A DNA stretch of 64,000 bases from Paragordius varius (lineage: Eukaryota > Animalia > Nematomorpha), in the NCBI GenBank assembly GCA_964247055.1, contig OZ176056.1, positions 1,798,001 through 1,862,000 of the forward strand, in the 5' to 3' direction. The translations under genes and the position numbers were made by a program. Of the stretch, positions 40,481-54,080 are shown one piece after another (the stretch's first letter is position 1; each line of letters begins with the position of its first letter). The notes under the pieces are model-generated. The model saw only the letters and a program-made list of their open reading frames with translations. It was not told the DNA's origin and did no database searches.

Positions 40481-43400
40481 GACCTTTTGAAGTAGTGTTA
40501 CTTACAACCAAATGCCCCTTAAAATATCTCAAAAATATTTTTAGCGTCAGGCTAAATTTAATGATGTGCAGTGTAAGCCTCTTAGGCACATGATAAAGCA
40601 AATAGGTAAAAAATCCCCATAAACTTTTCGGTGACTTTTTTTCCATTAATTTTTAACACTGTGAATACAAAGGCAAATAAATGTGTATTATAATTAAAAT
40701 CGGATTACAAAGATATTTATGATATTCAAATATCAGCGCTTCAATTGGAGTTATCCGTTTGGATTATAAAAGTTAACTATAAAAATTATAAGTTTTTTAT
40801 CTAGAAGAAATATCAAATAATTTTTAGCGTAACCGATCTCAGAACAGTATGTATCCTAAAAACTCTGGGCTAGAAAACCACCCTAAACCTGCCATCTCGT
40901 ACAGAAAATGTAATAAAATGTTAACCATTAATGGAGTGACTTGTTGGTATTAAGTATGAAATAAGTGTTTTCTATATTTTAAAAAACTAATTTTTAAGAT
41001 TTAACACTTTTCTAAAATTCTAAATTATTTTTTATAGTATATGATTATGGCTTACAAAAATGTTTTCATCTACATGCATAAAATGTAAGAAATGTTTATT
41101 TACTGTGGTAACATTCAAAAAACAGCGGTATTTTATCAGGGAATATTGTTTCAACAAATAAAAAAAATAAAAGGGGATTTAAATAGCTAAACTAAAATTA
41201 TGTCATATAGGCATTTATAAATAATTTATTTCAAACGTAAAAACAATCTTTTCCAGTTTTTGCCAATCGGGTAGATGTATATGTAGAAATGTTTTTTTAA
41301 ACATAAATTTTCATAAGGTTTTGTGAGCAAATTTTTGCCAATCATGATTTTCCGAATATTTCGCGGGGCACACGTGAGGTCTTGGAGGGTTGTTCGTTGG
41401 ACAACCTTACCTTAAATCAATTATTTGCGATGCATGTTATGTGCCATCTCGAAAAGTATTTATAACCATTTATTTTTTAATACCAATGCAGTTTCTGTAT
41501 TTTACAGGTTATATCTAATATTAACTTACGGTAACTTCAAACGATCGTCAATTTAAGAAATCTAAACACGTATCAAATATATTTATTGGATAAATAACTT
41601 AGTGAATTTTGCTACAATATATAATCTATAATAATTCATATGGAAAATCTTTCAAAAATATTATATATGACAAATAAATTATTCCGGCTTTAGATTTCTA
41701 ATGGCTTGTTCCAAAACTTCTAAAATTAGGAATTATATATACAGTATGATAAAATATATATTGATAGTGTTTAATACTGTATGTTATAGTTTATTGTTAT
41801 CTATATATACCTTTTGATATATCAGGATCCTCTAAACCTAATGCATCTAGGATTATCATAAAAAATAGTTTATTTGGCCAAAGTCATATTTATATTAACT
41901 ATTGAATATAGTGAATAAAAAATAGATAATGTTCTGGATTTATAATTAATATCACTATTTTTTTATCATAGGAAATAATTTCAAAAACACTGTCAATTTA
42001 TACACGGTTTAAAATTTTCTATTCCTAATTATATTTAGTGATATTGACATTATGTATAACAGGATTATCAATTTGCTTATATTACAACTGATAGAATAAA
42101 TTAGTAAAAATAATTTTTTTTTATAAACAATTTATTACTTTCAACTCCTACATCTGGAATCATGGCACCTTAATTAATATAAAAATAAAGTTATAATGCC
42201 AATTTTAATTTACAATATTTTAATAGAAAAAAATTATATAATTAATTAAGTAATTTGTCATATTATCTTAAATTTTTTTTAGATTTTATTTAACAATTAA
42301 TAATAATTATATTAAAATTATTTACTTTCATTTGCTTTGTCGATTAAATCTAATTTAAGGTAACATAATTATGAAAAAATGCCCGCTATATATAAGGATC
42401 CTTTGTTGTTAAATGGATAAAAATTTGTTGCTTTTTATAAATTAAAACCAAATTTTTAAAGTATTTTTTATTTAACCCAATTAATTTTTTTTGTTTTAAT
42501 AAAAAATTTTGTGGATGTTCTTTCAAATTAAAACTAAAAATATCCCTATATTGTGATTAACTTTTAATACAGTAAAAATTGAATTATACAGACTAAATAT
42601 AATTTTAAAATACAACCATACTTTTTATACCTTTATTTTTCTTATATAAAATATTTACTAACCACTTTAAAATATAAAATTGATTGTTTTTCCAATATTC
42701 ATCAGATGACTTAAAAATAAGATTTAATAGTATGGTTGTCTTTTAGAAAAAATATCTACGTTTTGTCCGTGTAATTCCAATTTTTACTTTAATTAATAAA
42801 CCGATAAATAATAAAATGCTATAAAAAATTAATTAAATTATTATAAATTTATTTTAATCCTAAATAAATTTTTTTTGGGAAGTTGTTGCGTTTGTTAAAA
42901 AGATAATCTTTATGTCACCTTGAATAGTGTCCATCATATCTATATAAATATTGTTTAAAGCCAAAAATATTATTTTTATATATTAAAGTCTGCAATAAAA
43001 TTAGACATGCAAAAAATATACTGCTAATGCGCTCTTTCAACGCTAAATTTAATATATATAATTTATTGATTTGTGAAATTTTTCAATTTTTAGTATTATA
43101 AAGCATACATTTTATGGATATTTTCATGCCATCTATGAAATAGATTACATAAATATTGAATTAACAAAACACAAAAAAGGTAATCTAACTTCATCTTTAA
43201 AGAGTACTTGAAAAGTACAAGACTGTCATTTTTTTTCAAAATATTTAACAATTTTAATCCTATATGTGCGGTTGGAAAATCAGCGTGTCTCTGAAACCTA
43301 AATGGCTTAAATAAATATATTTTAAAAACCGGCAGATTTAATAATTTTTCGAATTTATTGTTATTACTAATTTAGGTGATTTTAAACTAATGTCGTCAAT

Positions 43401-46400
43401 TAATACACAATATTTATTTTAAGCATATTTCATATAATTTATTTAATTTTTTATCACAAAATTTATCCCAATGTGAGATCTTAAATTAATCTTTACTATA
43501 TTTATTTTATTAAACCAAGTCACATTTAACTATTTGAAAAAAATTACCAATGTGTGCCCGATCTATCCGAAATGTAATGATTTAATTAAAATTTTATAAA
43601 TTATATTGCCATAAAAATTACTTATATTTTCTGGACCTAATCACGAATTAAATATTTTAAAATATAATTTTTATAATGAAAACTATATAATAAATATATC
43701 ACTAATATTTCGCGTTTCCTCCAAAAAGTTTTTTGATTCTAATATATATATATATATATATATGGATAATTTTAATTAAGATTTAAAAAATAAAAATGCT
43801 ACAAAATAAACATAAAAATCATAGAATTAAGATTGGACCCTAAAATGTATTGAAGAGTATATTTAATACAAAGCTATATTGATTTAAAAATAAAAGGTCA
43901 TTGAGTTATAAAAATCGGTATATATGCCAAATAATTAAAAATTTTATGGTATTTAAAACTTTGTTAGAGTTTTCAGTAGTTCTTGGGAAAATACAACAAA
44001 CATATAATCAAAAAAACTTTTTCAAGTTATTCCGTCTTAAATCACATGATTTTATAAACCATTTTTTTAACCAAACGCAACATTTTCTATCCAAACGAAA
44101 TAAAAAAGTTTCTTTTAGCTGAAAAAATGTTGCGATGAATGAATGTTGCTTTTGATTGAAAATGGTATAATCATAATTAAACGGGCTTTTTGAAAATTCA
44201 AATTAAATTAAAAAAAAATCAAAATATATCAGCTGCCATAAAGTAATTTTAAAAGCCTTATTGGAATCTTTATAAATTATTATAAGTCATACATTTAGAT
44301 ATAAAACATAAAATTTAAGCATTTTAGATTTTTAAGTTTTGAAGATTTTTATATTACAAATATGGTAAAAGTTTTTAACGTTCTACATTTTAGATAAAAG
44401 AGTTGAAACACAATTTATTTTTCTTGATTCACTATTATTCTTTTAGGGTATTGGCCGCTAAAAAGAATTTAAGGGAATTTGAAGAACAATCGCAGTGGTA
44501 TTTCTTAAAAATTTTAACGAGCCGTAAAAGAGCTTTTAGGGCTGCGGTTTAAATTAAATTATTAGCTTTATACAAAAACCCAAGTCTCTTAAAAGCGTAC
44601 AACCGGTATATCACAAACTACGCCAATTAAATAGAGTGGAAAAATATGAAGACTACTGACCCGATTTATTTAAATTAGCCAGCAATATAATGACCACATA
44701 GGCAAGTTTTTAGTAACACTAAGTGTTTAAACAAAATTTCTTTATAAATTATATATTTGATTTTACAAATACTTTTAGCTCATATCAAAAATTTTTTAAG
44801 AATGTGAAAGAATAAATTATACAATAACTTCACACTTTTTATATCATCATTCTTCCAATAAATTTTAATTAATAACAGTTGAATTTAGGTTTATATTTTA
44901 TAAAAAGTATTTTTTTGAAGAGTCAGTAACCATTTAAGAGATCGGTTCCAATGTTAAAAACCGGTATTACAAAATAACCATAAGTTATACTATAGCCAGA
45001 TTTTCCGAATTTTAAGAGATATGCTGTTAATTTAAATTTTTTTCCAACCCGATTGTGGTTATAACCGAGCAGAAACCATTCTGATTTTGGTTCCACCTTT
45101 TTCGGTCTGGTTCAAAGCGCTCGCAGTTTTTTATGTTTTGTTAAAATTTTAATTTTTTCTCCATGTTAAAATTTTATATAGATTTTAAAACTAGCTAATA
45201 TCACCTTCCAAAAGATTAGATCCTTCTGCAAATTTAAATTTAAAAAAAATCATAACATAAATACATTTCATTTATCAATTAATAACTAAATACCTGTATT
45301 TAAATTCTCGACATCTAAAATATATCGTTATAATTAAAATCAAAACGATATATTAATATTTGCAAAAATGGTTTATAAAAATTGCCCAGTTAGCCCTAAA
45401 AGATATTCTCTTTAATATATAGGATATTGAGATTTAAAAACATACGCTCCAATATTTGTCGGCCTTTAAAATTAAAGTGAAATAAAATTCTTTTTTGAAA
45501 AAAAGTTTAGAAAGTATTATTTTTTAGGATTTTACCTTGAACGATTCTGGCATGGCTAGTTTTAAATCTTTTGCCTTATGTAATATTATAAATAGTATAC
45601 TTTGTTGAAGTTCTAATTGATATGAGAAACGAATTATAAATTGTTGGTTCAACCTTAATCGTATTTCAGTCAAATTTATCCGTTCTGAAATAAATTTTGA
45701 TAACGGTAATTTATGTGTTTTTTTAAAGTAATAAAAAGTTTTTTGGCTATCGTTTTTAGAAAAAAATATATTTTTTGTAAATAAATGAAGCTAAACTAAA
45801 AAGAATTACCTCACTTAGGTTCTTAAAGTGCTGAGTACCCAATTTTATTTTTTGAAATTTATTTTATAAATTAACCAAGATTTTATATGTAACAAAAAAT
45901 GAAGTCTAGATTACTTATATACATAAATAATTATATTTAAACAATATTTTCATTATTAGCAAAACATAATGGCTTTATTTTTTGGATTAAAATGTAAATT
46001 ATACCGCTTATATCATCGTCAACTACATCAGAGTCTAAATTTATGGAATTATATATATGTATATTTCATCAGAACTGATATCAGCAAAATTAAAATGAAG
46101 TCTTAAGAACTAATTTAATTTCGGCCTTAAATTTTGAATATCGGTCTACTGACCTCTGAGTTTATGCTTTACCCTTTAAAAAGAAAATATAAATTAGTCA
46201 AATTATATATAAAATTAATATTTCATGATTATTTTTAAACTTTTATGTGGAATATGGTTTTTTAAATTGTCATACATCCTTTTAAATGTGTCTATTTTGA
46301 TTGCATATTAAAAGGTTAAAAAATTATCAGTCTTTTTGGACATCTATTTTTTATAATAACAGTTGTTAAAATCCGTAATATAACGATAAAGAATAATTAA

Positions 46401-46610
46401 ATAGAATTAAATGAAATTATAAATAAAAATTATAAACGATATGTGAAACCCTTCGTCAATACTCTAAATCTAGGCTTACCCCTAGAGTTAATTTTCAGTT
46501 TATTTTCAAATTTTCAGTTTAATTTTCATAAATTACATTAAATTTAATTTAAATTCGTATAACCAACTGCATTTATACCAAAATTGCAAAGTTGGATATA
46601 TATACGAAAT

Positions 46611-46713
46611 CGATATGTGAAAACTCCAAGTCAAATAGTTGTGTCGTACTGATGAGTGCTAACAAGCACGAAACTAGTCTGCGATTATTATTGACGAAGG
46701 GTTTCACATATCG
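46611..46713 (+). ncRNA. Minimal type-I hammerhead ribozyme, copy 1
   Basis: Stem I GUCGUA (46643-48) / UGCGAU (46680-85); core CUGAUGA (46649-55); stem II GUGCU-AACA-AGCAC; GAAA (46670-73); palindromic stem III ACUAGU; GUC cleavage triplet ending at 46679. Distal helix CGAUAUGUGAAA / UUUCACAUAUCG. Confidence 0.9.
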
Positions 46714-47065
46714 TTTATAATTTCTATTTATAATTTCATTTAATTCTATTTAATTATTCTTTATCGTTATATTACGGATTTTAACAACTGTTATTACAAA
46801 AACATAACCAATCCGTTCATTACTATTACAATATCATCTTTATCTTATGTTTCTTATCATAAAAGAGTGCTTCTTAGTTATTAAATTGATTTCTATGAAA
46901 TCCTTAAGTAGCTATAATCTAAATCTAGGCTTACCCCTAGAGTTAATTTTCAGTTTATTTTCAAATTTTCAGTTTAATTTTCATAAATTACATTAAATTT
47001 AATTTAAATTCGTATAACCAACTGCATTTATACCAAAATTGCAAAGTTGGATATATATACGAAAT

Positions 47066-47168
47066 CGATATGTGAAAACTCCAAGTCAAATAGTTGTGTC
47101 GTACTGATGAGTGCTAACAAGCACGAAACTAGTCTGCGATTACTATTGACGAAGGGTTTCACATATCG
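47066..47168 (+). ncRNA. Minimal type-I hammerhead ribozyme, copy 2
   Basis: Identical core 455 nt downstream (CUGAUGA at 47104; predicted cleavage after 47134). The extended stem I AUAGU/ACUAU is fully Watson-Crick in this copy. Confidence 0.9.
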
Positions 47169-47583
47169 TTTATAATTTCTATTTATAATTTCATTTAATT
47201 CTATTTAATTATTCTTTATCGTTATATTACGGATTTTAACAACTGTTATTACAAAAACATAACCAATCTATTTTTTATAATTTGGTTTCATGTTATATAA
47301 ATGTGATATGAATCATACATTTCATAATTGATATAATATTTTAGGGTAAAACTTATGTGTAAAAAAACTTTGGAAGCAAAAATAATATAGGCATTATTAA
47401 TTTATTTTAATAAATTACAAACCAAATATTAATTAAATTAATACGCTTGCAAATTTTTTAACTAAAAATTTATTTTAATTAAACATAACTTTACATCCAT
47501 TATATCATATGATATTTTTATATATTTTTAAAAGCGGGCACGGCTAAGGTCATATAAACTAATAATTTTTTATAAAAATCTAC

Positions 47584-48699
47584 TTCTTTGAAGACCGGAT
47601 GGTCCAGGTTGGGGTTCTGTGGCCTCTGTTTAAAATATAATTGGAAAAAATAATATGTATATCATAAAAATATTTGCTAGTTTTTAATTAAAACCTGATG
47701 TGCTTTGTGGGATAATTTCAGATATGGTATTATCAGAACCTGAAGAAAATATATTTTTTAAATAAAAGTATATAAATCACAGCTAATTTTTCAACAATAG
47801 TATTTTCTAATTTTATTATTTATATTACCATAAAATAATGTATAAATAGATAGAACCGAATTAAAAAAAACCTTCAGTTGATGCTGGATTTACACTGGGC
47901 CCTGATAAAAATTAAATATTTGCTTTTAGTTATAAAGTATGTTTTTTTAATTTTTGAACATAAACCGCCAAAGATACTTAGGTTAGGGTATAATACAGTC
48001 AAAAAAGTAAAAAATGTTTCTAAAAATAACGGTATTTGAACAAATTTTTAAATTAAAACTGATAATACTTTGTCACCCAAAAATTGACACTAACTTGTCA
48101 TTACCAGGTTCTAATTGAGCCAATTCGCCTCCATTTTCTAGATTTTTATATATTTATTTTAAATCAACATATAAAAATTTCTAAAATAGATTTTAATTGG
48201 TTTCAGCAAATATTTCAATTAAAATTTTTTTTACAATTTGCAGTGTGTTTACTTAATGTAACATTGTAAAACCAGAAATTACAAAACAAAAAGTTATTTT
48301 TATATAAAAATATTCAATTATTTTTTATAAAAATATTTGTGTAACATAAATTGTCATTATCAATATTGGAATTAAAATTGCTTTTTTTGGTAGATTATAA
48401 TTATTTAGATAAATCACTAATACTTATCCCATAATTTATCAATTAAACTTTTTATTTTTTTAAAAAAATATAATTACCAATATTCGCAATTGTTTCAACC
48501 AATTTAGCAGCTTCACTGATTTCAACTATTTTATAATAAAATAAAATTTAGAAAAAAACCAAATAAAACAAAATTTTTGATAATATATGGTTAATTTTTA
48601 TCATAACATATAATTTTTAGGGTCATTGAATTATATACCTCCATCTACAACATTTTTATTTGTAAAAATATATTTGAGTTTTACCTGTGAGTACAGTAG
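47584..48699 (-). CDS. Run of eight symmetric phase-1 exons (15, 6, 48, 33, 42, 30, 45, 42 nt) of gene copy B
   Basis: Exons 48685-48699, 48639-48644, 48478-48525, 48105-48137, 47978-48019, 47872-47901, 47695-47739 and 47584-47625 all have AG/GT ends. They splice into an open 261-nt frame: xTVLTDGVEISEAAKLVETIANIENGGELAQLEPETFFTFLTVLYPNLRPSVNPASTEGSDNTISEIIPQSTSEATEPQPGPSGLQR. Confidence 0.8.
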
Positions 48700-51097
48700 C
48701 TAATGTTTAAAAATATGTATTTTATAATATATTTTTATATAATTTATAATATTAAAAACTATCTTTGAAGTGACCGTTTTTTTACCAAAGCAATTGGTAA
48801 AAAAATTTTAATAAAATAAAGTTGAAATTCATACAAAAATTATATTACAAGGCTAAAATTTATGTTTTTATGTTTATATTAGGTGAATAACTTATCCAAA
48901 CTATACTCGTAATTAAAGATATATTAAAATATATTTATTAATTATTAGAAAAATGTGCCAAAATTATTTTGTAGAAAAATCAGAGTTGTTATACATTCCG
49001 CCTTAAATGGCATTCACAGCACTATAGTAACGCGTTAAAAATAAGCTCATTTTCCTATTTTTATATTAGAGTTTTGGCTTTATATTATACTTTTTGACTA
49101 TTTTTAAGTATTTGGAGACCTCATAAAAGCAAAAAACAAAAAATTTATTAATATGTAATCATTAGGCTTTTAAAAAATAGCAAAGTTATATTGTTATTAT
49201 TTTACAGTTCTTGCAAATAAATCTGTTTTTTCCTTTATATCTTATCAAATTTCTTGGTAATGTTGTCGGTTATGATAAATATACAGTAAAAATTGAAATT
49301 ATACGGACAAAACCTAAAAATAAAGACGAATATTATCTTTCTAAAAGGCAACCATACTTTTTAAATCTTAATTTATTTAAATATAATTTATTGATTTGAA
49401 CTGTAAAGTATGTAATAGAGATGTATATTGTTAACACAATCAATTACATATTTACATTTTGTATGTAAATAGTTTATAAGAAAAAATTTAGATCTAAAAG
49501 AGTATGGTTGTCTCTTGAAAAAAATTATTTCTTTATGTTTTTATGTTTTGTCCGTATAATCAATTTTGACTGTATAATTTATTATTTTGAACTGTTAAGT
49601 ATGTAATAGAGATGTATATTGGATACACAATTAATTATGTATTTTATCGCTATTAAATGATTTTTATAGGATCAATTTATGGGTTAAAAATATGCTTGTC
49701 TTTTGAAATAAAAATTTTGTCAATTTTACTGTATTGTATTTATATAAGTTTAAATGACGAAACCTTAAATGCGATTCAAAAAAAATAAGTAATGACTGGA
49801 CTAAAAAAATATTTACATATTTTTACTTTATAAAATAAAAGATTCTAGGCAATAATTTTGAATCAGAGGGAGAATTAGGATCAAATATATACATTAGATA
49901 TATTCATACAAGCCAATATAATAAATTCATATCTTAAAAAGGTCAAATCAGTTAACCACTTTGTAACAAAACTTGTTCTTTATGCAAGACTATGCTTTGT
50001 GATACTATACGGACAAAACGTACAAAAAAGGATTTCTTACAAAGTCAAATATTGATTTGCCCTAATTTTTCCCCATTTTAATTTTATGTTTTTATTTAGT
50101 TTTTTAAGAATTTAAATCTCAATTTATCATTTTGTAAACGACAAAAGGCTGAGTTTTTCAATGTCAACATTTTAAGAAAGTGTTGTCTCTTATAGAAAGC
50201 CCTTCTTTGAGTTTTTCCGTTTTGTTTGTATGATTATGGTAAAATATTAATTTGAAAATAAAATTACATTTTACGTCGAAATACCCGAACTTTTATCCGG
50301 TAATATAAAAATATTTGCAGTATAAATTATATCATTATCGTTTACCTGCCACTAAAAATATAAATAATATAACTTTATAAAACATATTTTTACTGTGATA
50401 TTTTTTATAAATGGTAAATTTTAACCATATACACGTTCATTTTAACCATTAATAATAACTAGTTTGAAATATTGATGTAAAATTTAAATTTTTTTGTCCA
50501 AGATATAACATACAAACAAATTTAAAGATTTTAAAAAAATAAAATATTTACAATAAAATAACTCACCAAAAAAATATTAATAATTAATGAAATATTGGAT
50601 AAAATGTAATATAGTTTTAATTATTTCTATATTTTTTAATCTAATTTAAACGGTTAAAATTACTAAATTTTATGTAAATTATGAGAAATACCTTGTGGAG
50701 CTAGAGCACCTAAGAAGTTTATAATGCAAATATATTTATAAGACATTTACCAATTCCGATCGCTGCAACAACTAATTTATATCAATGATAAAATAAAATT
50801 AGTAATTAAATTTTTAAAACAAAACTCTTCGATATTTAAACAAAAATTTTTAAATAACTGGTGTAATTATTCTTTTTAGGCTTAAATAATGATGTAATCC
50901 TTAAAATAATGTTTTATCCAGGGGCGTATCTTGCACCGCTATCCTCCAACATTTTTGTGAATTATCAATTAAATATGAAATATAATGAATGGTAAAATAT
51001 GCCCATAAAATTTTTAAATGTTGATATTTATTTTATTCAAATTTTCTGGATATATTTTGCTAAATTGGTGAATTAGTATATATTAAGAATGCGATTA

Positions 51098-51330
51098 CAG
51101 TAATGTTCCCTTTATTTTATCAAAAATTTATTTTTTTTTCGTTAAATTGGTATAAATATTTGGTAAAGAATGGAAAAACAAGAGCTTTATGGTAATTCTT
51201 ATACCTTTTTGATGAATATGATATACTGTTAATACCATAGAGCACTTGTTTTTTCCATTTTTTAACAAATGTTTATACCCATTTAACGAAAAAAAAATAA
51301 ATTTTTAATGAAATAAAGGATACATGACTG
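51098..51330. mobile_element. Tc1/mariner-type MITE (CAGTCATGTATCC family)
   Basis: TA-CAGTAATGTTCC ... GGATACATGACTG-TA with long internal inverted arms. Empty site in copy A at ~13,405-13,415. A right-truncated relative lies at ~56,588-56,775. Confidence 0.8.
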
Positions 51331-53802
51331 TAAGTCGAAAATGCGTTCCATGAAGCCATTTGTATTAATTACCCTTTTTTTACCCATTCTTATATTATTT
51401 ATTTGTATAAATTGTGAGTCAATCAAAATAATTAATTTTATTATATCTTAAAATGCAAATTTAATGTTTTTATTTTTATTAACATTTTAACTATAATTTT
51501 TATTCAGGTAAAATGTATTGACAATAAATGCCATTAAGTCTAATTTTTGTTCAAGGTGTCTCATTTAAGATCCTAATAAATGATAAATATAAGTAGAAAT
51601 AGTATACCAGGAGAAGCAGCTAAAAGTTTTTTTCCATCAATGACAGAATCCTTTTTATATTAAATATTTTTATACTTGAGTCCGACCTTTGTAAATTGGG
51701 CTTGTTTTGTTGGGCCTTTCATACTTCTCCTAAAAATTATAACCTTGCTATAAAGTTTTATTTAATTTCAATTTTATATCACTGAATTTATTTCAATCGT
51801 GTGTCCATGATTTTCAAAATTTTATGCTACTAAAATTCTAAGCAGTGAAAAAAATCAGTATAAATCTCATAAATATAGAAAATGTAAAAGCAAATTGAGT
51901 TTTTTTTGATAATATGATGCAATATCAGCAATAATAATTTGTTGAATTTTCATTAGATTTCTCTAACTTCTTCGGACAAATACACAAATAAAGCCTGATT
52001 AATGCATTTTATATAAATACCGTTTTATTAGGGTCTTTCTTTATATTCGCAGCTAAATGGAAAATAAATAAGATTCACAATTATTATATAAAAACATCAC
52101 ATTAAAATCTTTAACCATTATACAACACGTTAAAAAATGATTCGACATTGTATTCCAAATCGGTCAAAGCACTTTCTAATTTTTCTTATTATTATCGTTA
52201 AGCTTTTTTATTTTAAATAAATGGACGCTCTTTATTTCAATCCTAACTATGAGCTTTAAAATATTGCCCAATATCTGCATTTTTCCAATATAGAACAAAT
52301 TTTTAATATTTATAAGTATCGTTGGTTAACATTGTATAAAATAATTTTTATTGTAACCAAAATAAAAACCGCTTTATTAAAAATGCGGCAATCAATTTTT
52401 TTTAATAAAAATAAGATATATACAATTGAACAAAGGCTGTTAATATACAGTATGCATTTATGTTTGCGCTTATTTCACAACACTTTAGTAGGGGGCAATT
52501 TGCCTCACAGTTAGCAGTGTATGGAAAAAAAGAAAGGACTAAATTGTTTATTCAACATTTTGTTGTTTTTTTCCATACACTAATACTGTGTTGCAATTGC
52601 CCTACTATAGTGTGAAATGAGCAGCCATTAAAATTCATACTGTAATAAAAATTTATTTCTTAATTTTCTATTGTTTTTTTAAAACATGTTCAAATACTTA
52701 AAATTTAGATAGAATAAAACCCACACGCTTTTACTTGTTTCTCCTGGCCCTGCCTAAAAAAGTATGATTAATTTTTGTAAAAGCTAAATTTATATTTTAT
52801 AGTAAAAATTGCAATTCTAAGACAAAACCTGAAAACATAAAGACCAATATTTTTTCCAAAAGCAATCATATTTTTGAAATCTAATTTATAAGTAGAATAT
52901 ATAAATTTTGTTACCAATTAACATCTTTATTTCATACTTTGCAGTTTGAAATAATGAGTTAAAATAGAAATAAAATCTCAAAAACTATAGCCGTGTTGAA
53001 AAAATATTGGTATTTATATTTTTACGTTTTGTCTGTATAATATAAATTTTTATTGTAAATATTATTATACATAACATAAAAAGTTTTATAATTACGAGAC
53101 CTGTTCATAATAATATTTATCCATCGACTGAGTTTCATTTGAATCTGAAAAAATAAAACAAATGTTACAAAAATTTTATTGACTTCGGTTACGAATTCGT
53201 CGTGTAAATATAAAAAATAACCAGTCAGTACTTAAACAATTTTAACAATATGATATCGTTTGAAGTAAAATATGAATTTGACATATGGTAAACTTAATTT
53301 TATGTCCAAATAAATATTTTTAATAATATATATGGTCATAAAATAATGAAGTTTCACTCTCTATGCCATTTAACTCTTTATATTATTAAAGCGGGAATTG
53401 CATTTATAAGCAATAAGATCGTTATTTTTTAATCGGTCAAACCAAAATTTCTTGTATATGGTGTAAATTAAACAATGAATCACTACAATACGTAGTTTAA
53501 TATCATATTATCATAAAACCAGGAGTATCCAACCCAAATGGCGTTACGGATATTTTCGACTCAAAAAATAGGCTGGCTGCAACCAAATACATATACTATA
53601 AATATTTGATCTTTTAATAAATTACAATATACATCAATTTTTAGTTTATTGTCTATCGAATAAAATAATTCAGAAAATTTGAGAATCTATATTCATCGGC
53701 ATATTTTTTGAAAATATTTTTCCAAATTTTCCCTGTGCCTCACGAATTATCACGGAAGTGTTTGACACCCCTACTTTTAACCAAATGAAAATATTGCATA
53801 TA

Positions 53803-54080
53803 CCATTTACAATTTAACTTCACTCCTGAACACTTAAATCACCCTAAAAATAAATTAGGTGTTTTCGGGCTAATATAACTCCTTATTAATATGAAATTTA
53901 TCTTATTAGCTTAGTTTATTACTTTTCAATATTATTATAATTTTAAACAAAATTTTTTTTCTTTCAAAATATAAATAAATATAAGGTTTAAATCTTAAAA
54001 TACACTTAATTTTTTTAAGGGTGAATTTGAATGTTCGAGGACTAATTTGATTTTTTAAGGGGAATTTGAATTGTAAATGG
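53803..54080. mobile_element. MITE specific to copy B
   Basis: TA-CCATTTACAATT ... AATTGTAAATGG-TA with subterminal inverted similarity. Absent at the copy A site (~17,280). Confidence 0.7.

Larger units (their letters stand above)
46358..47265 (+). mobile_element. Non-autonomous Penelope-derived / retrozyme-like insertion with two hammerhead ribozymes
   Basis: 16-bp TSD ATCTATTTTTTATAAT (46342-46357 / 47266-47281), with the empty site in copy A at ~8101-8115. 455-bp direct-repeat period (46463 / 46918). The 5' ~105 bp is the reverse complement of 46,689-46,796. No long ORF. Confidence 0.85.

Noticed and set aside
43901-44122. 73-aa plus-strand ORF and similar short AT-rich ORFs in the track (e.g. 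314-538, 20519-20879, 49211-49399)
   Set aside because: Compositionally biased, not frame-conserved in the paralog, or lying within MITEs or antisense to real exons.
44440-44700. Possible plus-strand exon (VLAAKKNLREFEEQSQW) in a copy-B-only segment
   Set aside because: Single occurrence with no paralog support and no consistent neighbouring exons.
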